Part shown: one piece after another, positions 17,406-26,826 of the stretch | Position numbering within the stretch: the first letter of the stretch is position 1 | Layout of the letters: every line of letters starts with the position of its first letter | Origin: Candidatus Eiseniibacteriota bacterium | GTDB taxonomy: Bacteria > Eisenbacteria > RBG-16-71-46 | Assembly (NCBI GenBank): GCA_025360715.1 | Contig: JANYBS010000005.1 | Coordinates: forward strand, 5,571-69,570 | Reading direction: 5' to 3' | Length of the DNA stretch: 64,000 nucleotides | The notes under the pieces: model-generated | Seen by the model: only the letters and a program-made list of their open reading frames with translations | Told to the model about the DNA's origin: nothing | Databases searched by the model: none | Position numbers and translations under genes: made by a program

Positions 17406-18394
17406 CGTGCACCCGGCTTGTCGTCATCCGCGTGCGCCAGCGGCGTCGTGAACGCGCCGGCGAGCGAGTCGGGATCCTCGCTTGCACGTGCACGGTATGC
17501 GGCGAACCAGCGCGCGGCAGCCGCGTCGTCGAGCAGGTAGAAGCCGCTCAGGATCGTCATATTGTAGTAGGGACCGGGCAACGCCGCGTCGCGGGCGATC
17601 GCCGCCTCGAAGGCCTTCTGGGCGCCGGTCACATCGCCGGCGCGCAGCCGCAGGATACCCACGTTGTTGAGCGTCGCCGCGTTGTGCCCGGCCTGCTTCG
17701 CCGAACTCGCGAGCAGCTCTGCCGGTGACGGTGAGGCATCGCGCGCGCCCAGGTACACCCGCACCGGCGCCGCTGCTGCGTCATCGCCGGCCGCCGCGAG
17801 TGCGGCACGCGCCTCGCGCGGATGGCCCAATGCGTCGTGGTGCAACGCCAGCGCCGCGAGCAACCCTGCGCGCTCGTGCGGCGAGAAGGCCTCCGGGTGC
17901 TCGTTCACCACCGCCAGGACCGGTAGCGCCTCCGCGGATCGCCCTTCGGCAAGCAGCCAGCTCGAGAGCAGCGCCAGTGAGGGCGCGTGTTGCGGATCAC
18001 GCGTGATCGCCTCACGCACGGCGCTCTCGGCGGAGCCAAGGGAATCGGCCGCGCGCAGCGCGAGCGCCGCCCGGTAAGCCGGCGCGGGATCTTGAGGATG
18101 CGCCAGCATCGCGGCGCGTACCCGGGCCAGCGGAGACTCGGCAGGCGTGTCGCCGGCTGGTGCCACCGCGGCTGATGCCGGGACCGCCGCCTTCGCGTTG
18201 CGGCCGGAGCGCACCACGCCCGCGTGCGACCGCACGTCGGCAACAGCTCCGTGGCGGGCGAACAGGCGCATCCCACAGCCGCCCGACAGCACGGCCGACG
18301 CCAAGGTTGCACCTAGCAATGCACGCGATGCGAAACGCAGTGCGGGCCGGGAAGCCCGCATGAAGGAGCAAGCGGGCAGCAGGTGCTGGGTCAT
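17402..18394 (-). CDS. TPR-repeat lipoprotein
   Basis: Lipobox ...AVLSGGC near the N-terminus, followed by Ala-rich TPR-like helical repeats. Its start overlaps the stop of the giant upstream ORF (ATGA). Confidence 0.5.
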   Translation of the reverse strand: MTQHLLPACSFMRASRPALRFASRALLGATLASAVLSGGCGMRLFARHGAVADVRSHAGVVRSGRNAKAAVPASAAVAPAGDTPAESPLARVRAAMLAHPQDPAPAYRAALALRAADSLGSAESAVREAITRDPQHAPSLALLSSWLLAEGRSAEALPVLAVVNEHPEAFSPHERAGLLAALALHHDALGHPREARAALAAAGDDAAAAPVRVYLGARDASPSPAELLASSAKQAGHNAATLNNVGILRLRAGDVTGAQKAFEAAIARDAALPGPYYNMTILSGFYLLDDAAAARWFAAYRARASEDPDSLAGAFTTPLAHADDDKPGAR

Positions 18395-21300
18395 CGCGAG
18401 CCTCCTTCCTTCGGGTGTGTGCCACGCGGGGCGGCTTGACCGCTGTGCGCCTTGGGATTGTCCCGTTCGCCGCTTCGCGATTCGTCCTGCATCCGCGCCT
18501 GGGCATCTTCATCAACGAGCGGCATGTCCACTTCCGGATGGAATTGGAAGCGATCGGCGAGCCGCTCCCACAGCAAGCTCTGGGCCTGCGCGGTCCACGC
18601 GTCATCCGCGGCGTGTGCGCTGCGGACTTGCCGCAACAACTGCGTGAGAACGCCCACACCTCGGTCGCTGAAGACCTGGGCGCGCGAGCGCAGCACGTCG
18701 TCGTAGGCCGCGCGATCTGCGCCCGTAAGGTCAGCGGGGCGCTCGGCGTGCTGCAGGGCGTCGGCGAACGCGAGCAGCGATTGCCCCATGCGCAATGCCG
18801 AGGCATGTGCCCACAGCGGATCGCCCGAATCGACGCCGCGGCGATAGCGCGCCAGAAGGGTGTCGAGCAGCGCCTTCTTGACCGCGATGCTCTTGGGCAG
18901 CGGCTGCTTGAGCGCCACCGCATCGAACGAGCGCCGCACGTCTTCGCCCTGCGTGAATCGAAGCTGTGCCACGAGCGAGTGGGAGACCAGGTCGGGGTGC
19001 TTCGTCCCCAGTAGCAGATACGCCGCCAGGTGCGAAGGCGCTCCCGTCTGCCGGGTGCGCGCCGCCGGGAGCAAGGCAGAAAGTGGATGCTGTGCGTCGA
19101 CGGCGTCCAACTCGCGTTTCGCCAGCGCCGCCAGGATCGCCATCACCCCGGGCACGTCGTCGGGGTGCATGCGCATATAGGCGACCCGAAGCGAGTCCGC
19201 GCGGGCTGGAGCGCCCGCGCCGGCAAACAGCTCCGCCGCTTTGAGCTCGGCCGCGCCGGCGCCATCGTCCTTCGGGAAACCTGCGGCAAAGCGAAGGTAA
19301 GCATCAGCCGAAGCGCTGCTGCGGCCTGCGGCCTCGAGCGTCTGCGCGACCTGCACCTGCGCGTCGCGCGCATAGCCGCTGCGCGCATAGTGGTCCGTCA
19401 CGACGGCAAGCGCGCGCAAGGCTTCTCCGCGATCCCCAGCGCGCAGCCACGCAAGGCTCGCACGATATTGGGCCCGCGCTGCAAGGGAGTCCGCCGGGTA
19501 GCGTTGCGCCATCTGCTCGAATGCCTTCGCCATCGCGCGATGCGCCGAGGTATCGGTAGCGGCAGCCGCCTCGGCGGCGCGATAGGCGCACACCGGCATC
19601 GCCGCAAGTGCTTGACGCGCGAGCGTGTCGCGATGGGCACGGACCGCCAGGCGGGCGGCGGCGCCGAACGCAACCTCGGCTAGCGCGAAGTCTGCTTGCG
19701 CCACGAACACCTGGGCGCGCTGCGAGGCCGCCAGCGGCGCCCGCGCATCGTTGCTGTCGCGCGCCACGAACCGGGCCAGGTCCGCGCTTGCACGGTCCTG
19801 CCACCCATGGGCCAGCGCCAACTGGCCTTCGCGCCAGAGGATCTCGGGGCTATGCACGTGCGTGGGGAAGCGCTGCACGAATGCATCGCCCTCGTGCAGA
19901 ACGGCCTGCGCAAGACTGTCGGGACCACGTGCCGCGGCCGCGTTCGCATGCCGAGCGTGTTCGTATGCGGCGTCGACCAACGCGACGCGTTGCCAGAGCG
20001 CGACGACAGCGATGCTGTCGGCGCCGCCGCGAGCCGCGTCGGCGTAGTGCGCCATGGCTTCGTCCGTACGGCCCAGTCGCGCGCTTGCTTCACCGGCGGC
20101 CAAAGCGAATCGCGCAGCCTCCGGATCCTTCGCCCACTGCGCGAGCAACGCCAGGTCCAATTGCAGTGCCTGCGCCCACGCCTGCGGATCTCCGCTCGTG
20201 CGCGCGCGCTCATGCGCGAGCGCCGAAGCCTGCCGTGTCGCGTCATGCGCGAATGCATCGCCCGCCGCACGCAGCGAGTCGTTCGTCTGCGAACGGGCCC
20301 ACGCGCTCCCCGCGGCAAAACGCGGCGCCAGTGTAACGCGCGCCCCCTGCGCGTCGGCGGCACGATCCGCGCGCTCCCAGGTCGCCAACTCGCGCTGCGC
20401 GCTCAGCAGCGCCTGCGGTGTCTGGGGGTAACGTGCCAGGTAAGCTTCATCGGCCTGCGTCGCCTGGAGCAGCGCGCCGTGCGTGCGCAGGTGCTGCGCC
20501 AACGAAAGCAGCATCGGCGCCGCATACGGACGCTCGCCGAGCGTATCGAAGTACGCCACGAAGGCCGGCGCGCCACCCGCTCCGGCCAGCGCGATCACGA
20601 GGTAGTCGCCCGACTCCGTCCGTAAGTCCACTTGGGGGCGTTCTGCCGTGGTCTCGTAGCGGTCCAGCACGCTGCGGAACGCATCGGCGGCAGACAAGAA
20701 GCGGTCCTCGTTGAAGTGCGACCAGCCGCGTTTGTAGTCCGCGATCGCCGCCAGCGTCGGGTCACCACCGGGCGACGCGGTCGCGTGCGCATAGGCTTGA
20801 GCGGCCTCCACGTACCGCTTCGCTTGGAAACGCGCATCACCCATGCGCACCCATGCCTCGGCGCAGTAGGGCGAGCCGGGATGCTCACTCACGAGCGTGC
20901 GGAAGTCATGCTCGAACGCCGGATCGCCCGCGTCGGCCAGGATCATGCCAGCGTCGAAGAGCACCGCGTCGCGGTGCGGGAACGCCGGGTCGTTGGTGAG
21001 GATCTGCCGGTAGAGCGCCAAGGCACGGTCCTGTGCCAGCACGGGCACCGGGGCGCCGGGCTTCTCATGACGCAGGTACGCGGCCATCTGGTCGCGGAAC
21101 TGCTGGCGGGCGGCGAGCATCTCGAGGTCGGCCAGGCGGAAGCGCATCTCCCCGCGCACGGGAGAATCGGGGTAGTGGGCGAGGAACGCCCGCATGCGCG
21201 GCATCGCGACGGCGCGCAGCGCCGCAGCGCCTTGATCGTCCAAGGCGTCGTCCTGCTCCGTGCTCGCGGTTCGCGCGGTCGCTACACGAGCCGGCGCGAA

Positions 21301-23184
21301 TGCCGTGTCGCGGGCGGCCAGGCGCACGCTGCGCGCATACGCGGACGCGGCCATACCGTAGTCGATACGTTCGCGTTCGCTCTCGAGCGTGGCGCGCGCC
21401 TGATCGACGGCGTCTCGCACGACCGCTTCACGCGTGTGCGCGGCCGCGGCCACGAGCGAGTCGGCGAGGCGATCGGCGCGAACGAGCTGCGCCTGCAACA
21501 CGCGCCACTCGTCGCTGGTTCCGGCAGCTAACCGCTCCGCCTCGATGCCGCGGCGCAAGCGGTCACTCCACGCGAGCAGTTCGGCCGCGGTGCTGTCCTG
21601 TGCAACGGTGCGTCCCAGCAGGCCCGGCCGCCAACGATCGGCGTAGGAGCGAGCCAGCAGTTCGGGAGCCTCGCGCGCAAGCGTGCGGTTCAGCCTTTCG
21701 CAGAGCGAGTCGAGCGCCTGCTCCTGAGCCAGCACCGCATCCGGCCGGGGCATGCCCTGGGGCGCCCAACGAAGCTTCGCGCCCGCGGTGCCGCCCAGTT
21801 CGATGCGGCGCATCGCCGCCGCCCACGCGGCCTGAGCGCGCGCCTGAGCCAGCATCTGCTCGGTGCGCGCCAGCAACTGTTGGGTCGCTGCGTCGCGCAC
21901 ACCGCGCAGATGCGCGTCGATGGTAGCGAGCGAGGCTTCGAGCGAGTCCAGCACTGCGCGCTGGCGTTCCAGCGTCGCACGCCGCGCGCCAAGTCCCGCG
22001 AGTCCGCGCGAAAGGTAGATCTGCAGATCCGCCAGGCGGGCTTGCTCGCGCTGCATCGCGCTACGGGTAGCGCCAGCCGCGGCGAACGCAGCGTCGGCAA
22101 GGCTCTCGGCCTGTGTGACGCGCTGCCACGCGGCGGCATCGGGAGGCGGGACCAGCGCGCCATCATCCCTACCGAAGCGATCGTCCCGGCGAATCGCGCG
22201 CGGCGCCGCGGCACTCACCACGATCGCAACCAGCGAATCCCCCTGCACACGCACCGGGTCCTCGGCCAGCGTCCAGGCGTTCCGGATCGCGGCGCGCTCG
22301 CGCCACGCGTCCCAGAGCGTATCGGCGTAGGCGTGCGCGCGCAGGGCCTCGATCCGGTTGGCATCGGCTGCGTGCAGGGAATCCCCACGCGCATAGAGCG
22401 CTTCGGCGTCCTCCCAATGACCCATCTCGAGTGCCTGCGACGCCGCACCGGCCAAAGCCGCGCGCCGAAGGGCGCCGGACGGCGATCGCGCGGCCGTCTG
22501 TTCGAAGGTCACCTGCGCAGCAGCATGGTCGCCACGTTCCGCCGCCCGCTGCGCCTGCCAGAGCCCTGCGCGCAGAGCGGCCTGGGTACCTGCTGGGATC
22601 TGTCGCAGCCATCGCGCGACATCGTCTGCACTCGACGTGGCGCGAGTCGCAAGGCGCAGCGCCGCCGCACCGGCACGCTCACGTCCCGCGGGCCTCAGTG
22701 TGTCAGTGGTCACGATTGCCGCGAGCGCTGCGGGATCATCCTGTGCAGAGCCGGCTAACACACCGGCGGCGCTTGTCGCAGGCATGCCGGCCCGAAGCCG
22801 CGCCTCCGCATCGATCCAGCGCGTCCACACGCTCGCACCACGCCCGATCCGCGCAGACGCGACCGCCGCCGCGATGCTCCGGAATGCCTGCTCATCGCCC
22901 AGCTCCAGCGCCGAATGCGCCGCGAGCAGCGCCGCCCGCTGGGCGTTGTCGCTCGCCGGCAGCGCCTGCCAATCCAGGCCGCGCATCGCCGCCTGCACGC
23001 CGCGCAGATCATGCGCACGTTCGCGCGCGATCGCCCGGCCCAGTGCCAGCGTCACGGCATCGGTCGGCACAACGACCGAGGCGACCTTCGCGGGCGCGCC
23101 TTGCGCGGTGCCCCGGCTTGCGGTGCTCAGCAGCGCCGCCAGCAGGCACGCCCGGACCCCGCGTTGCACTGCAGAGCGTCGCAT
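18391..23184 (-). CDS. Very large (~1598 aa) exported TPR-like repeat protein
   Basis: ATG at 23184 gives a signal peptide MRRSAVQRGVRACLLAALLSTASRGTAQG, 2 nt after the upstream gene's stop. The body is Ala/Arg/Leu-rich helical-repeat sequence with no frame breaks over 4.8 kb. The co-directional gene string supports the minus strand over the three long plus-strand antisense ORFs. Confidence 0.55.
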   Translation of the reverse strand: MRRSAVQRGVRACLLAALLSTASRGTAQGAPAKVASVVVPTDAVTLALGRAIARERAHDLRGVQAAMRGLDWQALPASDNAQRAALLAAHSALELGDEQAFRSIAAAVASARIGRGASVWTRWIDAEARLRAGMPATSAAGVLAGSAQDDPAALAAIVTTDTLRPAGRERAGAAALRLATRATSSADDVARWLRQIPAGTQAALRAGLWQAQRAAERGDHAAAQVTFEQTAARSPSGALRRAALAGAASQALEMGHWEDAEALYARGDSLHAADANRIEALRAHAYADTLWDAWRERAAIRNAWTLAEDPVRVQGDSLVAIVVSAAAPRAIRRDDRFGRDDGALVPPPDAAAWQRVTQAESLADAAFAAAGATRSAMQREQARLADLQIYLSRGLAGLGARRATLERQRAVLDSLEASLATIDAHLRGVRDAATQQLLARTEQMLAQARAQAAWAAAMRRIELGGTAGAKLRWAPQGMPRPDAVLAQEQALDSLCERLNRTLAREAPELLARSYADRWRPGLLGRTVAQDSTAAELLAWSDRLRRGIEAERLAAGTSDEWRVLQAQLVRADRLADSLVAAAAHTREAVVRDAVDQARATLESERERIDYGMAASAYARSVRLAARDTAFAPARVATARTASTEQDDALDDQGAAALRAVAMPRMRAFLAHYPDSPVRGEMRFRLADLEMLAARQQFRDQMAAYLRHEKPGAPVPVLAQDRALALYRQILTNDPAFPHRDAVLFDAGMILADAGDPAFEHDFRTLVSEHPGSPYCAEAWVRMGDARFQAKRYVEAAQAYAHATASPGGDPTLAAIADYKRGWSHFNEDRFLSAADAFRSVLDRYETTAERPQVDLRTESGDYLVIALAGAGGAPAFVAYFDTLGERPYAAPMLLSLAQHLRTHGALLQATQADEAYLARYPQTPQALLSAQRELATWERADRAADAQGARVTLAPRFAAGSAWARSQTNDSLRAAGDAFAHDATRQASALAHERARTSGDPQAWAQALQLDLALLAQWAKDPEAARFALAAGEASARLGRTDEAMAHYADAARGGADSIAVVALWQRVALVDAAYEHARHANAAAARGPDSLAQAVLHEGDAFVQRFPTHVHSPEILWREGQLALAHGWQDRASADLARFVARDSNDARAPLAASQRAQVFVAQADFALAEVAFGAAARLAVRAHRDTLARQALAAMPVCAYRAAEAAAATDTSAHRAMAKAFEQMAQRYPADSLAARAQYRASLAWLRAGDRGEALRALAVVTDHYARSGYARDAQVQVAQTLEAAGRSSASADAYLRFAAGFPKDDGAGAAELKAAELFAGAGAPARADSLRVAYMRMHPDDVPGVMAILAALAKRELDAVDAQHPLSALLPAARTRQTGAPSHLAAYLLLGTKHPDLVSHSLVAQLRFTQGEDVRRSFDAVALKQPLPKSIAVKKALLDTLLARYRRGVDSGDPLWAHASALRMGQSLLAFADALQHAERPADLTGADRAAYDDVLRSRAQVFSDRGVGVLTQLLRQVRSAHAADDAWTAQAQSLLWERLADRFQFHPEVDMPLVDEDAQARMQDESRSGERDNPKAHSGQAAPRGTHPKEGGSR

Positions 23185-23186
23185 CG

Positions 23187-24044
23187 TCACTCGTTCGTCC
23201 CCGCCGCGACGGCCGAGCCCTGCCGCGTCCACGTGGTCGCCGCGATGCTGCTTGCGCCATGCTCGGCGTTCAGATTCGTCAGGTCGAGCCGCACGCACAG
23301 CAACTGGTCTCGTGCGGGCTCCACGGTCAGGTAGCCGCAGTCATGGGCGGCCCACAAGGTGCCGGCCAGGCCGACTTCAATCAGTTGCGGGCGTGGTTCG
23401 ATCAGGCCATGGAAGAGTTCCAGGATCCCGCCGGCGCGCAACGTGGCGCGCGCAGCATCGTCAAGCGGCACAGTAAGAGTGTCGCCGTCTTCCAGGTGAA
23501 GCGTGATGTCGCCGACCGCGTTCGCTCCCGGATCGCCGCTCACGACCACGAGCATCGCCGTCTGTTGATGCTGGTCGAAGTCGGCCTGCAAGGCGCCCAG
23601 CCCGGCGCGTTGCGCATCCAGCATGCGGCCCATCTGATCGAGCTGCGCTTCGAGAAGCCCAAGGTCGGTGACGCTACCGAGCAGTCCGCGCTGCTGACGC
23701 GATGCCTCGGCGCGCGTGAGCGAGTCACTCGCGTTGGCCACGCCGGCCAGCAGGTGCGCGTAGTCAAGATAGCGTGGATCCATTGCCGCCGCATCCTGCG
23801 ACACATCCAAGGCGCGCTGCTGGACGCGATCCAAGCGGCCACGGATGAAGTCGCGGTTCGCGCGGAAGAACCGCAGTGTCTCGATCCGCTCATGCTCCGG
23901 CTTGCGGCGTTGGAGCCGAACCGTTTCAGCCGCCAACGGCGCCGTGGGCGCTTCCTGTGCGCGCACGGAGTCCGTCAGGAGCACGCTGCACGCGAGCATC
24001 GCCAGTATGGGCCGCGGCCCTGCGAGCCAAGCAAGGAACCGCAT
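23187..24044 (-). CDS. Exported hypothetical protein
   Basis: Signal peptide MRFLAWLAGPRPILAMLACSVLLTDSVRAQ from ATG 24044. 286 aa with a coiled-coil-like middle region (LDAQRAGLGALQADFDQHQQ). It is tightly coupled to both neighbours. Confidence 0.45.
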   Translation of the reverse strand: MRFLAWLAGPRPILAMLACSVLLTDSVRAQEAPTAPLAAETVRLQRRKPEHERIETLRFFRANRDFIRGRLDRVQQRALDVSQDAAAMDPRYLDYAHLLAGVANASDSLTRAEASRQQRGLLGSVTDLGLLEAQLDQMGRMLDAQRAGLGALQADFDQHQQTAMLVVVSGDPGANAVGDITLHLEDGDTLTVPLDDAARATLRAGGILELFHGLIEPRPQLIEVGLAGTLWAAHDCGYLTVEPARDQLLCVRLDLTNLNAEHGASSIAATTWTRQGSAVAAGTNE

Positions 24045-24046
24045 GA

Positions 24047-24625
24047 TCAGCCCCTCCATGAGCGGCGCACCGCTCCGGTGATCGCATCGACCGTCACGAA
24101 CAGCGAGGCAGCACCCGGCGCGTGGTAGACGACAGTCCACGAGGTGGGATCCGGGTCGGCATCCCCGAACGCGCCGCGAGCCAGCAACATGGTCGCCACC
24201 TCGGCGGTCGCATGGCGGCCGAAGACACGCGCGGCTTCAGCGTCGGCAGCGCGGCGGGCGGCATCACTGTCGATCCAGCCTGCGTGCACCGGAGGAGCGG
24301 GCATGTGCCCCCCTAGGTCCTGTGCGGTCACGATGCGACCGTCACGAACGGAATAGGCGCGCGCACGGTCGAGGCTGGGGGAGTAGAACAGGTAGCCCCA
24401 GCGACCCGCGGCGCCATGTGCGTCGACCGGTTCGTCATTCTCCAGGTACACGAGAAACCCATCGGCGGCCCACGTCTGCGCCGCAGCGGTGGCCAGGCTC
24501 AGGCCGTCATGCGCGGCCACGCCCTGCCGGTCGCGCGCGTACGCGTTGGCCGCCAAGAGGAGCGCGCCGGTGAGCAGTGCGCCGGTGAGCAGCGCGATGC
24601 CGAGTGAGAAACGATTGGGATGCAT
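24047..24625 (-). CDS. Exported hypothetical protein
   Basis: 192 aa with signal peptide MHPNRFSLGIALLTGALLTGALLLAANAYA. No recognisable domain. Confidence 0.45.
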   Translation of the reverse strand: MHPNRFSLGIALLTGALLTGALLLAANAYARDRQGVAAHDGLSLATAAAQTWAADGFLVYLENDEPVDAHGAAGRWGYLFYSPSLDRARAYSVRDGRIVTAQDLGGHMPAPPVHAGWIDSDAARRAADAEAARVFGRHATAEVATMLLARGAFGDADPDPTSWTVVYHAPGAASLFVTVDAITGAVRRSWRG

Positions 24626-24633
24626 GGCAGCTC

Positions 24634-25509
24634 CTAGAAGAGGATCTCGCTACCCAGCGTGAATTCGATATTGTTCGCGGCGAGATGACTGGAGTCGTTG
24701 CGGGGGCGGAAGTGATAGTCACGCACCTCCCAACGCATGGCCGCGCGCTTCGACAAGAAGAGCTTGGTGCCCGCTCCGAAGTTCACGCTGGGCTCGCTGC
24801 GACCCAGCATGACAGCCGAACCCACACCACCGCCCACATACGGCACCATCTGCCGGCCGGGCATGAGCTCCCATGTCACGTTCATCTGGTAGAAGAGCAT
24901 CGAGAACTTCTCGGCCTCGAGCGACAACCCGAAGAGCGACTCGACGATCTCGGCGGGTCGATGCACCCGCGTCCACGAGACACCGGCCTCGGCCACGATG
25001 CGATCGAACACGTAGTAGCCCACACGGCCACCCACGACCGCCGAATTCGATTTGCGATCGAACGCGTAGGCACCGGAATAGCCGCTGACCACGTAGCTAC
25101 CCGTGCGCGTGTAGACCTTGGGGTTCGGACGGAACTGCAGGCCCGACAAGTCGTCCTGCACGCGGCAGAGTGACGCATGCACCCAGCCGGTCTCGGTCTC
25201 GGACAGCTTGACCCCATACCACTCGTCACTCTTGGCGATCACCGGAAAGGACAGCTTCGCGGGATAGACGCCCACGATGGCGTACGCATCGCCGGGCCCC
25301 GAACGCACGACGTTCCCGGACTTCCCCGTGAGTTCGATGCGCTTCTGCCCGACCTGCATGGGGGCGTTCGGGAAGTCGCGCTGCTTGGGCGCCGCTGAAT
25401 CGGGGGCGACGGCGGCGGCCGTTGGCGTCAGAGCCGGCGCTTCGTCTGCACGCGTCGCACCGGCGTGCAACAGAACGCCCAACAACGCGCCACCCGTGAC
25501 CGCTCGCAT
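24634..25509 (-). CDS. Bacterial SH3-domain + outer-membrane beta-barrel (OmpA-like TM domain) protein
   Basis: ATG at 25509 gives the signal peptide MRAVTGGALLGVLLHAGATRA. The SH3b-like segment is YAIVGVYPAKLSFPVIAKSDEWYGVKLSETETGWVHASL. It is followed by alternating beta-strands and ends ...FTLGSEILF with a terminal aromatic. Confidence 0.5.
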   Translation of the reverse strand: MRAVTGGALLGVLLHAGATRADEAPALTPTAAAVAPDSAAPKQRDFPNAPMQVGQKRIELTGKSGNVVRSGPGDAYAIVGVYPAKLSFPVIAKSDEWYGVKLSETETGWVHASLCRVQDDLSGLQFRPNPKVYTRTGSYVVSGYSGAYAFDRKSNSAVVGGRVGYYVFDRIVAEAGVSWTRVHRPAEIVESLFGLSLEAEKFSMLFYQMNVTWELMPGRQMVPYVGGGVGSAVMLGRSEPSVNFGAGTKLFLSKRAAMRWEVRDYHFRPRNDSSHLAANNIEFTLGSEILF

Positions 25510-25549
25510 CCATCTCGAGCTCGCATCTCCCGCTGTGCCGATCACCGCA

Positions 25550-26188
25550 TCACCTCCCAAGGATCCTGTAGGAGAGCCCGAGCCGAATCGTCCAATCCGC
25601 AAACGTCTCACTGGCGCGAACGATGTCTGCGCCGCTGCGATGCGCCGTGTCGAGCGCGAACCACTCACGCGTGGCTTCACCGCTGGCGGACCAGCCGCCC
25701 GCGAGCGGGCGCTCGACTGCCAGGCCGACGCTGGCGCTGCCCGTGTCGATGGGAGCAAGGCGCACCGGCGTCGAGGTGCCCGTTCCTGTCGCCACATCCA
25801 CATGATCCGGCGCGTAGCCCAGATGCAGCAGGCCGGCGCCCGCCTGCAGCGACCACTTCGCACCCAACCTGCGCGCCATCGTGGCTCGGGCAACGAGCTC
25901 GGCGCGCGTGCGATGGACATCGGGAGACGCGCTTGCGAGCGAGGCGTCGAGTTGTTGCGTGGTCACGGTGCGCCAGACACGCACTCCCAGCGATCCGCGT
26001 AGGACCGATGCGCGTACTTCCGCGCCCAGACCCGCTCGGGCACGCAGGTTCCACTGATAGTCGGCCAGGTGCGGGTCAGCGAGCGTGGTACCGCTCAACA
26101 CGCCGGCGGACAGCACCGCGGCATGGACCGGGCACGCGCTCACCGCGATCAGGTACACCGCGGCGCAGGCGATGACGAGGCGACGCAT
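25550..26188 (-). CDS. Small outer-membrane beta-barrel-like exported protein
   Basis: ATG at 26188 (MRRLVIACAAVYLIAVSACPVHA). 212 aa, beta-rich, C-terminus ...LSYRILGR. It overlaps the upstream gene's stop. Confidence 0.4.
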   Translation of the reverse strand: MRRLVIACAAVYLIAVSACPVHAAVLSAGVLSGTTLADPHLADYQWNLRARAGLGAEVRASVLRGSLGVRVWRTVTTQQLDASLASASPDVHRTRAELVARATMARRLGAKWSLQAGAGLLHLGYAPDHVDVATGTGTSTPVRLAPIDTGSASVGLAVERPLAGGWSASGEATREWFALDTAHRSGADIVRASETFADWTIRLGLSYRILGR

Positions 26189-26826
26189 CAGCGAGATTCC
26201 TGTGCGGCCATCGCCGGTGCGGGCACGGGGTTCCTGAACTCCATGCCCACGGGCAGGATCTGCATCTCGTTCGAGCGGAAGGGCGTCACGACGATCGTAT
26301 CGCCCTGGATGCGCTCGATCTTCTGACCCGAGCCCATGTAGCAAAGCAGGAACACGCCGCCATGCCCCGCGCCTGTGGAGTCGAGCACGGTGGGGATGTG
26401 GCCCTGAAAGGTGAATGTTAGCGGCTGGATCAGATGGTCCCAGCCCGTGACGGGGATCAACGCCCGGCCCAGCGTCGTGGAGTGGGCGAGCAGTGAATCG
26501 ATGTCGGTCGCCATGCGCAGGCGTTGAGCGTCGGGCGCCACCTCCACCGTGCCGGGGTCGATCGTGGCGCTCGCGCGCAGTTCCGCGACGGCGTATCCAG
26601 TGACGATGTGCCGGTAGGTGATGGTGGCCTGCACCGAGACCGATTCCTGCGCGCCCAACGTGACCGTCTCGAAAGGTGTGAGGTTCGAGTGCAGCAGGTC
26701 GACGCGCGTCCAACGATCCTCGAGCTTGGGCGCATCGAAGCACCCGCTGAGCAGCGCGGACGTGGCCATGCCCATGACGGCAAACCTGACCATGGCGGCC
26801 GGCCGGCGCAGGTGTGCGGCGTTCAT
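26188..26826 (-). CDS. Lipoprotein, hypothetical
   Basis: ATG at 26826, with a lipobox LLSGC after MNAAHLRRPAAMVRFAVMGMATSA. About 212 aa. Confidence 0.45.
   Translation of the reverse strand: MNAAHLRRPAAMVRFAVMGMATSALLSGCFDAPKLEDRWTRVDLLHSNLTPFETVTLGAQESVSVQATITYRHIVTGYAVAELRASATIDPGTVEVAPDAQRLRMATDIDSLLAHSTTLGRALIPVTGWDHLIQPLTFTFQGHIPTVLDSTGAGHGGVFLLCYMGSGQKIERIQGDTIVVTPFRSNEMQILPVGMEFRNPVPAPAMAAQESR

Noticed and set aside
19696-24128. Three long plus-strand ORFs (309, 299 and 565 aa) overlapping the giant TPR gene
   Set aside because: They lie antisense to a continuous 4.8-kb minus-strand frame that is translationally coupled to both neighbours. Their translations are Arg/Pro/Ala low-complexity with no signals.
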